DNA from: Felis catus
Lineage: Eukaryota
Assembly (NCBI RefSeq): GCF_018350175.1
Contig: NC_058373.1
Coordinates: 101,806,001 to 101,870,000 of the forward strand
Direction of reading: 5' to 3'
DNA length: 64,000 nt
This document shows, piece after piece, positions 12,190 through 25,099 of the stretch. Positions within the stretch are counted from its first letter, which is position 1, and each line of letters opens with the position of its first letter. Below the pieces are notes generated by a model. The model searched no databases and was not told the origin of the DNA. It saw nothing but the letters and a program-made list of their open reading frames with translations. The translations under genes and the position numbers were made by a program.

Positions 12190-13422
12190 TGTACTCATCA
12201 TCTTTTAAATAAATTTTACTTGTATTTATAAGTGGCTGTACAATTTGTGGTATGTCCCATGTGACTCTGTATAAAACTACACACTATTTCTAGAGAAGAT
12301 AACTAAAGGCAGATAGCTGCCTCGATTTAAGCATATCGTATACAGAGAATGAAAATATAAACCTTCCCATAGGAGAGATTATAAATTGCCTTGTTCCCTT
12401 TGCTCATGCACACTTAATATCTGTCTTTGTTGTTGGCTTTAAAACTATTCAGTTACTCCACACTTTCTTATATTCTGGGGGCAAAAATCTTTCCGTAAGT
12501 CTCCCTTGAATTGTGTGACGGTGCTTATTTTTTCTTCTTGATTCTTTAGAACTTCTTGAGCCTTTCATGGATAGAAAAATCCACATACTAATATATTACT
12601 CCTATTTTCTTTTCTTATTCCATTAGAAGCCTATTCTGTCAGTTAGGGTTTCATGTCATCGTATGAAGCTGTGCATGTCTTGGTGGTTGTGTCAATAGCC
12701 CTTAAAGCACAGGATCTGAGCGTGGGAAGGCTCCCTCCTGCCTGAGGCCCCATATTGGCTCATTCCAGAATTTAATAAGATGAAGACTTGACTATTGTGA
12801 ATTCCTTTGGTTAAGCTAAGGTTTTATAGAATTAAACGTACCATTACTGACTTATTTATTTTTGCTAAATTGATGTAATTATTTTGCTTTGACAAATTCA
12901 GGGCCTTGTAATGCCTATCTTGTCGCCAATCTTACAGTTGTTTATTTTTTCCCAACATAACAATGCACAGTTTTAAGAACGCTGACTTTTCAAAAGTATG
13001 TGAAATTTCTTTTTGTAAGGTAGCCACAGAGAGAAATAATGTCCTTTAGTTGTAAAAGGAGAGTTTTGAGTGTGAACTAGTGAACATTGAAGCCAGAACT
13101 GGAATTTGTTTCCAGTTGATTTACACTTGAGTAAAATTTGTCCTTGGTTCACTTATGTGTCAAACAATTTATTCAAGATTCTGATGAATTGCAAATATAT
13201 ATTTATAAACCAAAGGATTTTTAAAGGTACTGAAATTAAATATTTAATAAATGTGGAGTTGTTTAGTTATGGTATTATTCTTTGTAATTCTATGACAATA
13301 AAGGGGGGAAGACAAAAGAATATATATTTTTTGAGATATTATATTCTGTGGGATGTATATGGTATTTCTTTCCCAACTGTACATGAAAATATTGTGGCTT
13401 CCCAAACACAATAGGCCATTTC

Positions 13423-13674
13423 TTTGTTGTTGTTGTTGTTTTCATTTTTTTAAGTTTATGTATTTATTTTGAGAGAGAGAGAGCAGAGTGCATGCGCTCA
13501 CACACACAGATGAGCAGGAGAGGGGCAGAGACAGAGAGAGGCAGAGAATCCCAAGCAGGCTCCATGCTCAGTGCAGAGTCTGATGCAGGGCTCGAACTCA
13601 CGAACCATGAGATCACGACCTGGGCTAAAATCAAGAGTCAGAAGCTTAACCTACTGAGCCACCCAGGTGCCCCC
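13423..13674 (-). mobile_element. Can-SINE
   Basis: Reverse head gagccacccaggtgccccc; tail with (TTG)n; degenerate TSD aca(a/g)taggc. Confidence 0.95.
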
Positions 13675-14584
13675 ACAGTAGGCTCTTTTAAGAGAAAATA
13701 AATACAACTGTGCATTCAAATATGTAAATGATCAATACGTTATATTACAAGAACATGCAAACATGAACTATGTCAGTGCTTTCATTGAAAGCAATAAATC
13801 ATTTTCTTCAAAGACATGGGTTCAAGTTGGTTTTTCAAATTATGTGAGGAGGAACCTGACAATTCAGAGGAAAGTAGTGTAAGATATTTTAGTTTAGCCA
13901 TTTCCCTAGTGGGTTCACATTTTTGTCTTCTGTGAAGTTGAGAAAATGAACAAATGTCTGGTATTCCATGAACTGATGCCATCATTCTGATGAGTCATTA
14001 GGTTCCACGATTAATTTCAAGGAGTCATCCAACCCCTTTTTCCATCAGAGTTCTGACTACCACTATTTGCACATCATTCTACAGAATTAATAGTCAGACC
14101 CTACTGATGACAACTTTAAACCATTCAATAGGTATTCCCAGGAAAATTCTTTTCTCTGCAACTCATCACTGTGCCTAGCTTGTAAGTTTCTTGAAAGTTG
14201 GGTACCTGTTTTAACCACAATAAAAACTATGTTTTCTCAAGTTTATTGAGGATTATATTGTATGGGAAAGACTCAGAGCCTTCCTGACATCAAGATGGAT
14301 GATGCCTTTTAGGCCTGGTCCTGAGTTTTTGGAGATTAGTAGGAGAGGATTTGTTCTTTAAGGAGCCATTCCACTTGCTAGCCTGGTTTGTTGTTGGTTT
14401 GTTTTTTTTTTTTTCCAAGGGGTTTATTTTACAATTGATTGTGCCCAAATATTATCAGTCTTTTGATGACAAACGTTGTAAGAATAAAAAATCAAATACT
14501 TTCAACTTAGATGAGGTGGCTTCTGGTGTAACTCAGATTAAAATTGGCCTTGAGCTATGTGGTGTTGCTGATGTGCTTTATTTG

Positions 14585-14789
14585 CAGTAATGTGCTGGAG
14601 CCAGTTCACACCAGCGCCCACGAGCTGACAGTACACAGCTCTTTCCAATTAGACTTTCAAAGATGTCAACCTTGATAGTCTGAAATCAGCCATGTTGGGA
14701 GTCCTTACACCAAGGAAATTGGCACACTGTAAGTCTTCCTCTCTACTCCCCAAGAACCAGTTGCTAATGCAGAGGCCGACACACTACTG
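14585..14789 (+). mobile_element. hAT MITE (MER63-like)
   Basis: Terminal inverted repeats cagtaatgtg / cacactactg; internal tgaaatcagccatgttgggagt...tacaccaaggaaattggca. Confidence 0.75.
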
Positions 14790-14809
14790 CTTTAAAACCA
14801 AGAGGTATT

Positions 14810-15031
14810 GGGGCGCCTGGGTGGTGCAGTCGGTTAAGCGTCCGACTTCAACCAGGTCACGATCTCGCGGTCCGGGAGTTTGAGCCCCGCGTCAGGCTCT
14901 GGGCTGATGGCTCAGAGCCTGGAGCCTGTTTCTGATTCTGTGTCTCCCTCTCTCTCTGCCCCTCCCCCATTCATGCTCTGTCTCTCTCTGTCCCCCCCCC
15001 CCCCAAAAAAAAACGAAAAACAACAAACAAA
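14810..15031 (+). mobile_element. Young felid Can-SINE (SINEC_Fc-like)
   Basis: CpG-rich head ggttaagcgtccgacttcaaccaggtcacgatctcgcggtcc; TSD aaaaccaagag. Confidence 0.95.
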
Positions 15032-15069
15032 AAAACCAAGAGATACTACATTTGCAGTTTTAAGATCTT

Positions 15070-15297
15070 ATTTTATTTTTTATTAAAAAAATGTTTTTTT
15101 AATGTTTATTTTTGAGAAAGAGAGAAAGAGCATGTGAGCAGGGGTAGGGCAGAAAGAGGAAGACACAGACTCCAAAGCAAGCCCCAGGCTCTGAGCTGTC
15201 AGCACAGACCCTGACATGGGGCTTGAACTCATGAAGCCATGAGATCATGACCTGAGCTGAAGTCGAATGCTTAACTGACTGAACCACCCAGGTACCC
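15070..15297 (-). mobile_element. Can-SINE
   Basis: Complete reverse element. Confidence 0.95.
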
Positions 15298-15315
15298 TTA
15301 CAGTTTTGATATATA

Positions 15316-15543
15316 TTTTTTTAAATTTATTTTTAACGTTTATTTATTATTGAGAGGCAGAGAGACAGAGTGTGAGCAGGGGACGGGTAGAGAGAGGGGG
15401 AGACACAGAATCTGAAGTAGGCTCCAGGCTCTGTCAGCACAGAGCCTGATGCGGGGCTCGAACTCACGATCTGTGAGATCATGACCTGAGCTGAAGTCAG
15501 TTGCCTAAGCAACTGAGCCACCCAGGCTCAGTCAGGTGCCCCC
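15316..15543 (-). mobile_element. Can-SINE
   Basis: Complete reverse element; TSD cagttttgatat. Confidence 0.95.
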
Positions 15544-15629
15544 AGTTTTGATATTTTAAACAGTATCTACTGAGGACTGATCACAGAGGAAATACCAAAT
15601 AAGGCTTTTGACATTGACAAATCACAGGT

Positions 15630-15812
15630 TTAATTATTTATTTCAAAAGAGAGAGAGAGTGCAAATATACTGGGGGGGGGGGTGGGAATAGAGAGAGGAG
15701 GGAGAGAGAATCCCAAGCAGGCTCTACGCTGACAGTGCAGAGCCTGATGTGGGGCTTGTGACCTGAACTGAAATCAAGAGTTGAACGACCGACTGAGCCA
15801 CCCAGGAGCCCC
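15630..15812 (-). mobile_element. Can-SINE with internal deletion
   Basis: Reverse head; TSD aaatcac(a/g)ggttta. Confidence 0.93.
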
Positions 15813-17109
15813 AAGAAATCACGGGTTTAGCCAAACTAACCTCACTCAAGCATTAATCAAACTTAACTCCCTTCAAACTTGAAAATGAACAAGAGAATTT
15901 AAGTCTAGGTTAGAATAGATAAATATGTTTTAAAATACATTTTTAAATATTTGGTTTGATTTAATAGATCCTTCTGGGTGTAGATCTTTCTCCAGTTTGG
16001 AGAAAGCCAGCTACGGTTACTAAGGAGTACTTTCCTCAGGACCGCTAATCTTGCCTGGTACTCAGGAGAAGTGGGCCAAGCACTGACAAGATGCTTTCCT
16101 TGTCTTTTTTCTCCCTTTTGTTTTGTTTGTTTTATTTTTAAGATAACACTTGTCCTTTGGAGAATTACTTCCTCAAAGATGGCTTGGGCAGAAAAGACAA
16201 ATGTTTTACTTCACTATTTATTGAATCTTTATAAAGCAATATACTTTTTCCTAAGGCTAACTATATAGTAGGGGCAGCATCATATAAAAAAGTCATGACT
16301 TGAATAAAAAATACATAGTTTTCATTAGAAAGATAAGAGAGAGGCCCTTTATTGACAAATATATCACTTAAATATGTTTTGAGAGTAGATTTGTAGAATC
16401 ATTGCCAACATGAATACAACTGCCATCAAATTTGTTCTTAACAATGATTTAAAGTAGAATTGAATTATAAATGGGAAAATTGCTAGGAGTGATAATCTAC
16501 TCATTGATATAATTAATAGATAATTATTTCAAGTCAAATGTTAATTAGCCAAGGTCAATTTCTGGTATTCAGATATAGTTGTTATCAAGACTGAAAATGA
16601 TAACTTTCTTCCCATGGTATCCTAAATTGTATTTACAGTTCTTTAATCACTTGGGGCAGGAGGGGTAATCTTGAGTTCCTGGCTTCTCATTTACATTTTC
16701 TTTTTCTCTCTGTGTCTATAAGATGCATCTTAGCACTCAGTGCACTCTACGTAACAGGTGTTCTTTCCCTATGTAGCATGTACTTAGAAAAATGACTAGG
16801 ACAAATTTAATATAGAACACATCCAGAAATCAGAAAGGGGATCATGCCTGTGGCTAGGGATAACATTTTTGTTTTAGCTGGAAGACTAAAAGGCAGGCAA
16901 GTAAATAACAAAATTTTTCAAAATAATGTCTTCCTTTGGACTTGGGAGATGTTTCTCTGTCTTCCTTGATCTCAGGAGAACTTGTCATCTGGATGACCTT
17001 AAATTTAGTCACAGTAACACTGCCAGCACCTCCCTAATGCAGCCTGAGCTGTGATGTGAGGTGATAGATGCTTAGCCATAAGACCGCAGCAGCCGTCTCT
17101 TCTACTACT

Positions 17110-17290
17110 GACAGCTGCCATTGGGTGACCACTACATTTGCGGCCAGGCCTGTGTAGAGAGCCTTCCATACATCATCTCATGAGGCTGGCATTATTCTAA
17201 TTCTGAGTTTTCAGATGTTGAAACGAAGGGTTTGGGAGTGTAACGAACTTGCCTTAGGTCTCACAGGTAGCAGCTGTAGACCCAAAACTC
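17110..17290 (-). mobile_element. MIR SINE
   Basis: ttttcagatgttgaaacgaaggg...gtaacgaacttgccttaggtctcacagg. Confidence 0.65.
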
Positions 17291-18366
17291 ATCTGCAAAG
17301 GGACATTACATTGCTTCCCATCCCAGAAGTTTGTTCTGAACATTAAAAGAATTAGCCAATGGAAACAGCAGAACAGTGCCTGAAACAAAAATAAGCAATG
17401 TGTAAGTCTCAGCTAGCATCATCATCGTCATTACCATTGCCATTATCATTAAAACTAAGTCAATTTGATCCCCAATTCGGTGCTACTAAGCTCCCCCTAA
17501 AATGCCAGATGAATAGACCACTACTTCACATGGCTCTGGTCTACCTAGAGGATCCCGACAGGAGGCAACTGGTGGTAAAAGGCGCAGATTTATATGGTGC
17601 GGGTCCTACTGCCAATTTAGAAACAGCTTCTCTCGCTATGTAACAGCTTCTCACCCTGGGGTGGTTGTGACTGTTATTAGGTCTGAGCTCTTTTTCTTGA
17701 AACTGGAATTAAACCAGGTAGGAAAGAAGTCCTAAGAAATACTTGCTAAAGCTCTGGTGTTCCCCCAGCAAGCTTAGGTATCATTTTAATATGGAACCTA
17801 GAAAAAAAAATTGTTCTACTCCTTTTTCCTTACATGCAACTGAAGTTTCCTACCAGATCAGGTGACAGAAGGAGAGAAGGAAGAGCTGACATCTGAGAGT
17901 TGTTTTGAAGGCGTGACCTCTAGGAGAAGGTCTGGTGCAACTCCCAGATTTCCTGTTTGAATTTTTAAAATAGCAACTCTTGAACTCAAACAGCACAATC
18001 ATAGAATAGCCTTCTCTTAGTGGCACTCACCACAGAGAGCCCAAGAAGGCTGTCATGAAGCAAGACCCACATGGTTAAAAATGCCTGACGACTGTTCTGT
18101 GTTTGTTTTCAGAATGCCTTTTTGCAGTACACATAGGCATTCCTGGCCTCTGTCCTGTCTTTCCAGTCTCCCGTATCCAAAGAAAGCAAATCTACCCCCT
18201 AAAATGTGCAGGATATCGATGCTCGGTAATGTATCATCTAAGAAAAAAAAAGGAAAATCTGATTTTGAAAGTGTTCAGTTAGAACTAGACTCATTTTTGA
18301 TATGCCAACGAAGTAGGAGGGAACAGTTTTTTGGAGAGAAGCAATGAATCTTTAAAAACACTTTTT

Positions 18367-18500
18367 GGGGGGCACCCAGGTGACTCAGTCGGTTAAGCCT
18401 CCAACCTTGGCTCAGGTCATGATCTCGTGATTTGTGAGTTTGAACCCCACATCGGGCTCTGTGCTGAGCTTAGAGCCTGGAGCCTGCTTCAGATTCTGTA

Positions 18501-18559
<59 letters not shown>

Positions 18560-18618
18560 CTCCTCTGCTCCCGCTCAGTCAATCCCTCTCTCAAAAATAA
18601 ATAAACATTAAAAAAATT
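18367..18618 (+). mobile_element. Can-SINE with long (CT)n tract
   Basis: ggggggcacccaggtgactcagtcggttaag head; aaataaataaacatt tail. Confidence 0.95.
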
Positions 18619-18776
18619 GTTTTTAATTATTTTCATTCATTTGGGTTCCTTCGTGTTGCTCACAATATGTGAAATTTAGCAATAAAATAATGAATATTTT
18701 ATGTAAGAATTTTCCTCTGGAGGAAGGAAAGTATTTTATTGATTTTATTTTATTTTTTTTAGTATAAAAATGTGTA

Positions 18777-18976
18777 GGGGTTCCTGGGTGGCTCAGTCAG
18801 TTAAGCATCTGACCTCGACTCAGGTCGTGATCTCACAATTCATGACTTCGAGCCCCACGTCTGGTTCTATGCTGACAGCTCAGAGCCTGGAGCCTGCTCT
18901 GGATTCTGTCTCCCTCTTTCTCTGCCCCTCCCCTGCTTGTGCTCTCTCTTCCTCAAAAGTGAATAAACGTTAAAAA
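18777..18976 (+). mobile_element. Can-SINE
   Basis: Complete element; TSD aaaaatgtgt. Confidence 0.95.
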
Positions 18977-19582
18977 AAATGTGTTACCTGTGCATAATCT
19001 TTGTGGTATTGACTCAAATAAATGAATTTTCTTGAACGGATATAGTTGTGTGCTCGAGACAGTAGGATGTGGCTTGTAAATGAGGCAGAAGAAGCATTTT
19101 TCTTTATGGTAATGTTGCGTTGTTTTTGTTTAAATTAGAAATTAATCATTTAGGATTTGTTGTTTTGTTATATCAATTTTGTTGTACTGAGAAAGCGATA
19201 GTTATAATGTCTCTCTTCCATTATGCACTCTCATTATCTAGTTCTCAGAGAACAGCTTTCTCAAATAACCAGGCAACTAATGGAGGTACTGCTCAGGGCC
19301 TATCCAGGGAGGCAGGATGTAGGATTATGATGAGCCTCACATGAACACTTGTGATGTTATCTTCAAATGAGCATATCCATAAAGCTGTACTTTGTGTTAA
19401 AGGCATTGGCTTGACAAATGTAAACACTTAAGAAATGCCACAGTTTGCCTTGGCACTGAAGAATTTCAAAAAATGGAAGTAGCCCAGGCCTCCAGATAGG
19501 GTTTTGTTGACTTGTTCCTGAGTGCCAAGTGTAGTGATTCCGGCTGAAGGAAGGCTGGTGGCCCCCTGGAAAAGCATCTAGG

Positions 19583-19858
19583 CCAGAGGGTCTCAACTTT
19601 GGCCGCCCGTGGGATCATTCGGAGCTTACAGTATTACTGATTACTGGTCTCAGCGCCTGAGACTGTGATCTCCTGGGTCTGTCCTGCGTCCTGGGTCCTC
19701 GGATTTCTGCTCCTCAGAGTGTGTTCTGTGTTCCAGCAATTGCGTCACCTGGAAGCGTGTTACAAATGCAGAGTCTCAGGCCCCACCCGGCACCGCTGAA
19801 TTGGAGACTGCATTGCAACAAGAGCCCCAAGTTTGTATATGCAAGTCTGAGAAGCACT
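19583..19858. mobile_element. hAT-Charlie MITE(s), MER5-like
   Basis: cagagggtctcaactttggc... and tcacctggaagcgtgttacaaatgcagagtctcaggccccaccc...agtctgagaagcact. Confidence 0.7.
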
Positions 19859-22719
19859 TTATATAGCCCGGGGTCCCAATGTCACCTGGAAATGGAGTGG
19901 TTTAATTCTGTGGCTGAATGAGTTGGTCCAGAAGCTGCTGGAACCCACCGGATGGTGTCTAGAATAGGTTTTGAAAACAGGTTTTGGGCAGAATGAGGAT
20001 AAGCTTTATTTGAGGAATTTGAGGTAAGGGTAAATATCAATGTGGAAATGTACTGGACATAGTTGGGGATAGCACATTGGGGGGTTCTGGTTATTCCTGC
20101 ATAACCGCCTTTAGAATCTCTTGACCCGGAATGTTCTCATTCTCTCCACTCTCCCTGAAACTTTGGAAGGAAATGGACTCTGGCTGCTCAGGGCCCTTCT
20201 CCTCTAACTTAACAACTAGGGAGAAAATAAGCAGGATGTTTCCATTTTCATAAGACCTTAGTGTGAAGGGACAGTGTAATGGATGGTATCAGGGGAGACT
20301 GGTTTGATTTCATCTACTCCTATTTAATGTCTATTGCGTTCTCTCCAATCACACGATAACTTACATGTCAGTGTGCGATGTGGGGAGGAAAAAAGACATC
20401 AAACATTACGGAATGACTCGGTATTTCTCTTCTGGAACCACTTTCATTGACTCTTATTATACAAACCCTCACTGAGCCAGGGAGCCCAAGAATTACTGAT
20501 CTAAGACCTTTTGGAGACCACCTGCTTTGACATCTATTTCAATGCTAGCAGGAAATTTCAGAAACAACCAATTTAACTGAGCCCAAATGATGTGCTCACT
20601 GAGGTTTGGTAAAACGCCTACAGTTGAGACCTAGAAAGTAAATGCAGTCTTCCCTCTGAGTCACTTGTGACTTTTAATAGATTCTGAGAACTAACAGAAT
20701 TGCCAAGAAAGCAAATAGTTTTATTCATGTGACTGTACAGTTATCCTCAATTACTAAATTCAGTTGACAAGCACCACGATTATTTTGTAATATAATGGGC
20801 GACCGGGAAAAAGGGTTTTTGTTTTTGTTTTTTTTTTTTGGTGGGGGAACAGGACCATAAATTACTAAAACATGAAGAATACAGCAAAGATATATAATGA
20901 TTGAAATGTATATATATATATATATATATTTATATCAGGAAAATCAATACACCCTCTCAGGGTGCTTTTCAAATGTAAGGATTTTATAGGTTATTAGAAG
21001 TCTTGAGAACACATATCTGGATTTGACAGCAATAGGCAGTCTGTTTGTTCTTTAGGATGAATTATGGCCTGGGCTTGGTTTCCCATACTTTCTCTAAATG
21101 TGACATTACTACAGCAAAAAGCCCAATTATTTCTTTTGAACACTTAGTATTTTTTGGTGGATGGCTTCCCTTGTTCCTCCTTCCCTGAACGCTCTCCCTG
21201 CTTGCCCCAAAAAGGCTTTCAGATTAGGCAACCCAAAGAAACTGCCAATGATAGTGTTTTGCTAATTCTATAAATATTTCCGTAAACTTGACTATGGTAA
21301 GGCATAATTTCGGCAATTGGAGTAATGGGCTTCCCTGCTGCTGTGTGCGTCCAGTTTGCAAGCACTCCAACTTGCTGAGTAATTACTCCCACGTTGCTGC
21401 CTCCCGACACTGTCACTAGGCTTCCCTACACTAGGTGTGAGGTTGTAGGGAACAGAACGTAAACATTGCCATTCTGGAAATTAGCAGCCCCAAAGTTCAG
21501 CCGTGAAGATAGCAAGAATATGTTTCCTTCCAGAACCTGGAAAAGCTGTTTTGATTTGTTTGTAAACCCAGGTGGGGTTTGTAAACTGTTACTCTTCTGA
21601 TCCCCCAGGTGATGTTTATACAAGGAGACCTTAAATACCTCACACCTCTTTGTTTCCATATTTGCAGGTCTTCTTGGAGAAAGGGCCCCAACAGTGGTTT
21701 GCCTGTTTGAAACGCTGAGTACTCAGGAAGTACCTAAGGAATAGGACTTTGTAATAAAATAATTTTTTTAAATTAAATATTCCGAATTCCTGCATGCAGC
21801 TTTGTTCATTGGGCAACGTTCAGCTCGTGACTAGAGGGCTCCCTTGCCTTGTTCTCTCCACTTTCTTCCCTGCCTTGTCCCTCCAGACACTGTACCTCTC
21901 AATTATCCTACTCCAATTCGGTATCTCTGCGACTTCTGCTTAAAAACTCTAGTTGTTTCGGAAGCATGCTCAGCAAAGTCTGTGTTTTGCACCTGACCAA
22001 GATTTGGAATTGACTGTGCGTCAGACTGGATGGCAACTGTACAGTGAGGTGTGTAGATGAGCATGTGTGTGTCTGAGTGACCTTGTCCTTTTAGACCCTA
22101 GGTGTCGGGAGGTCAGGAAAGGTAGTACATCTACTTTAATTAACACCCTAGTTTAGCACCTGATACAGGGTCATTACCACACTAAATGTTAGATGTTAGA
22201 ATATATATGCTTTCCATCAGAATTTCACTTCCCACAGGATACTATATTTCTTTCATGCTAATCTATGTTTTAATGGCCTCTAAATTGTCAATTGAGAGGG
22301 TAATTAGTTCTAATTTGGTGGTAATGCTATGAACATAGAGTAAGAAACTAATTGACATGGCATGCTACCAGCCAGAATTTTATGAACTAAAACTTCTTCT
22401 CTCGTGCACAACAGTCAGTGATCTCATTTTGGAGGGACCATTTAGGATGAAGGGCCGCCTTGCCTCCGGGTGTTCCCCACCTTGTGAATGCAGGCTGATG
22501 GCTGGTTGACTGCCTGCTGCTTTGATTTCCCGCTTCCAACAGCTCTCCCTTAAACCTGCTTCAGGGAAATTGGTCTAAAAACCTAGATGCATATTTGGTT
22601 AGCATTTTTGTTTTCAGTTGCACTCTTTTTTCCCAGCCAGATATGAGGAAGCCCTTGGAGACTGAAGGATATACGAAGCAAGAGAATAATCATTCCCTAC
22701 ATCCAGCGATCCAGATTCT

Positions 22720-22960
22720 AATAGAAATAGCAATACATTTACCATGCAGTACTTAATATTTTGTCTCAGACTTTCATATATATAACTTCATTTGATCTTT
22801 GCAATAATTGAGGTCCGGGAAGGTATTAACATACCCATTTTATAGTTGAAACTGCCAGGGTTTGGAGAGTTTACGTGACTTGCCTGTGATTATGTGGATG
22901 GTTAAGTAGTAGAGGCAAGCCAAGGAGTTGAATCTTCTGACTCCTGCTCCAAAGTTTTTT
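22720..22960 (-). mobile_element. MIR SINE
   Basis: cccattttatagttgaaactg...gtgacttgcctgtg...tcttctgactcc. Confidence 0.7.
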
Positions 22961-23052
22961 CTGATCACATTTTACTTCTCTGGTCTGTTTATCTATATGA
23001 TCTCCTTATATAATTAAGGAATTGCTGTTCCCTTAAAAATTCACAAAATCTA

Positions 23053-23265
23053 GGGGCGTCTGGGTGGCTCAGTTGGTTAAGCGTCCAACTTTGGCTCAGG
23101 TCATGATCTCATGGTTGTGGGTTCAAGCCCCATGTCGAGCTCTGGGTTGACAGCTCAGAGCCTGGAGCCTGCTTCGGATTCTGTGTCTCCCTCTCTCTGC
23201 CCTTCCCCTGCTTGCGTGCGCACTCTTTCAAAATAAATAAATAAACATTTAAAAAAATTTTTTTT
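23053..23265 (+). mobile_element. Can-SINE (felid type)
   Basis: Complete element. Confidence 0.95.
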
Positions 23266-24301
23266 AAATCAGAAAATTTATGTAATCATAACCCAGCTAA
23301 CTCCTCACCTTTTTACTTCCCCACTCCCTGACCCTCTAGTTAACAAATGCTACTCTAGTACTTAACTGTGTCCTAACCAAGGTTTGGGGAAAAAACTATC
23401 TTAGAAAAAGAGGTAAAAAGGATTGAAAGCAAAAAAGGAATCCAATTAAGGGATTCTTCTGACTTTTTTGTCTCCTTTAAAGAAGAGTTCAGGTGCTGCC
23501 CTAAGATGTCAGTTCTAACTTTAACCCAGGGTAGTTTTTCAAAGATGAAGCCTGTCAATTTCTTTTGCTGCCGCCTGGCTGATCCTAGCCTGGGCTAGTC
23601 TACTAGAACTTTCTTTGGTCCATTTCAGATTATTTAGTGCTGCCTATCTGATACACAGTCGTAACCCCTGGTTTATTGGACTATGATTTATCTTTTAGAT
23701 AGTTTACTATCCTTAGAAGCTCCCCCAGCATGCAGTCAGGAAAACAAAGACATGAAAATCTAAGGCGTCCGCTCTGCTGAGTTTGAGTGGGGCAGAAGCC
23801 ACTGTGGAAGATGAGGTCTGTGGGTCACCAAGGCAGTTTCTTTCATCTTTCTCTGCTGTTCTCTGGCTCCTCTAAACCACCAGGAGATGAGAGGGCCCCG
23901 GTTCTATTTGTGTCCCTCTGTTCGTTTATTTGTAAACTGCAGGTCAAAAAGTAAGATTATGTATAAAATCCAGACTGGACAATTGCTCGTTTCATGCAGA
24001 GAGTGAGCTTTAAAGGAAATCAGCTGACTTCCTGACTTGCTGAATGAAGTGTGAGTTTTAGTTTCTATCCTGTTAGGAAATGACATGTGAATAGAATACT
24101 TGTATAAGCAGGCTTTTTATTTTTGTCAATGGCTGGAAACTCGTAAAAAAAAAAAAAAATAAAGAGAAGAGAGGTCTGTTTATTTTAGCATATCAAGATT
24201 CGTTTCTGTGAAACAAAGGCAGAAATAAGAGTTTCTGAATCCTTTGGTGGTCTCCGTCCTGAAATTTCATTTCTTCTCTCCTTCTGCCCTGGAGTTGTTG
24301 G

Positions 24302-24315
24302 GTTGCCACGGCAAC
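24302..24315. promoter_or_regulatory. RFX X-box motif
   Basis: GTTGCCACGGCAAC: perfect 6-bp arms, 13/14 match to consensus GTTGCCATGGCAAC; in unique sequence. Confidence 0.55.
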
Positions 24316-24789
24316 ATGACTCCTCCCCCACAACCCTGTAAGATTAACTGGATACAGATTTAGCAGCAAGTGAGGCCAAGATCAAAATCCAAATTTAGGG
24401 CACTGATCGCATAAAGTGGGAGGTCTGAGGCCGAGGACGGCTCTACGCCCCTCTGCAGGCTGCACGTGAAGTGATGGGCGTTTTGCCCTGATGGCGTAGG
24501 TGCCACTGCTCAGAGACCCCGTCAGCCATTGAGAGCTTGACTGCCACTCTGTGGATGGATTGCACCCAGTAAGGTAGTTGGATGACGGCCGGATGAAGAA
24601 TATTTAGTGCTGTAGTGTAACCCTGGATGGAATGAAATTGCAGGTCCTCTGAAAGTCAAGCATGAGACTGGGCAAGGAACCACAGAGAGAGGCACTGAGT
24701 AGGTGCTGCAAACATAAAGCTACGCTGTCCCCAAAAATGCTGTCTGGGATGGGTCTTAGGGATCCTGGAGATGGTGATAGTCACGACAG

Positions 24790-25000
24790 TCGCTCATGCT
24801 GACTGGGCACTTACTACATGCTAATAAAGCACTTTGTAACACACCCTGCTAACAACCTTTGGAGCTCAGTGCTATTATTTTAAACACAAGGAAACTGAGG
24901 CAGGGAGAAGTTCATGAACTTACCCAAAGTTATGTGGTTTATGAATGGCAGACTGGAATTCGAACCTTGGTAGTGTGAACCTGAATCCAGGGTCTTACTT
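24790..25000 (-). mobile_element. MIR SINE
   Basis: aaggaaactgaggcagggagaagttcatgaacttacccaaag...ggaattcgaacc. Confidence 0.8.
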
Positions 25001-25099
25001 CTCCTAATTCTGCCTCCAAAGGATCTTTTCTTATCCTTTTGAGGTCTCATAAGTAGAGTTCTCAAGGAAACTTAACTGTATTTTTTAAAACAGAAATAT

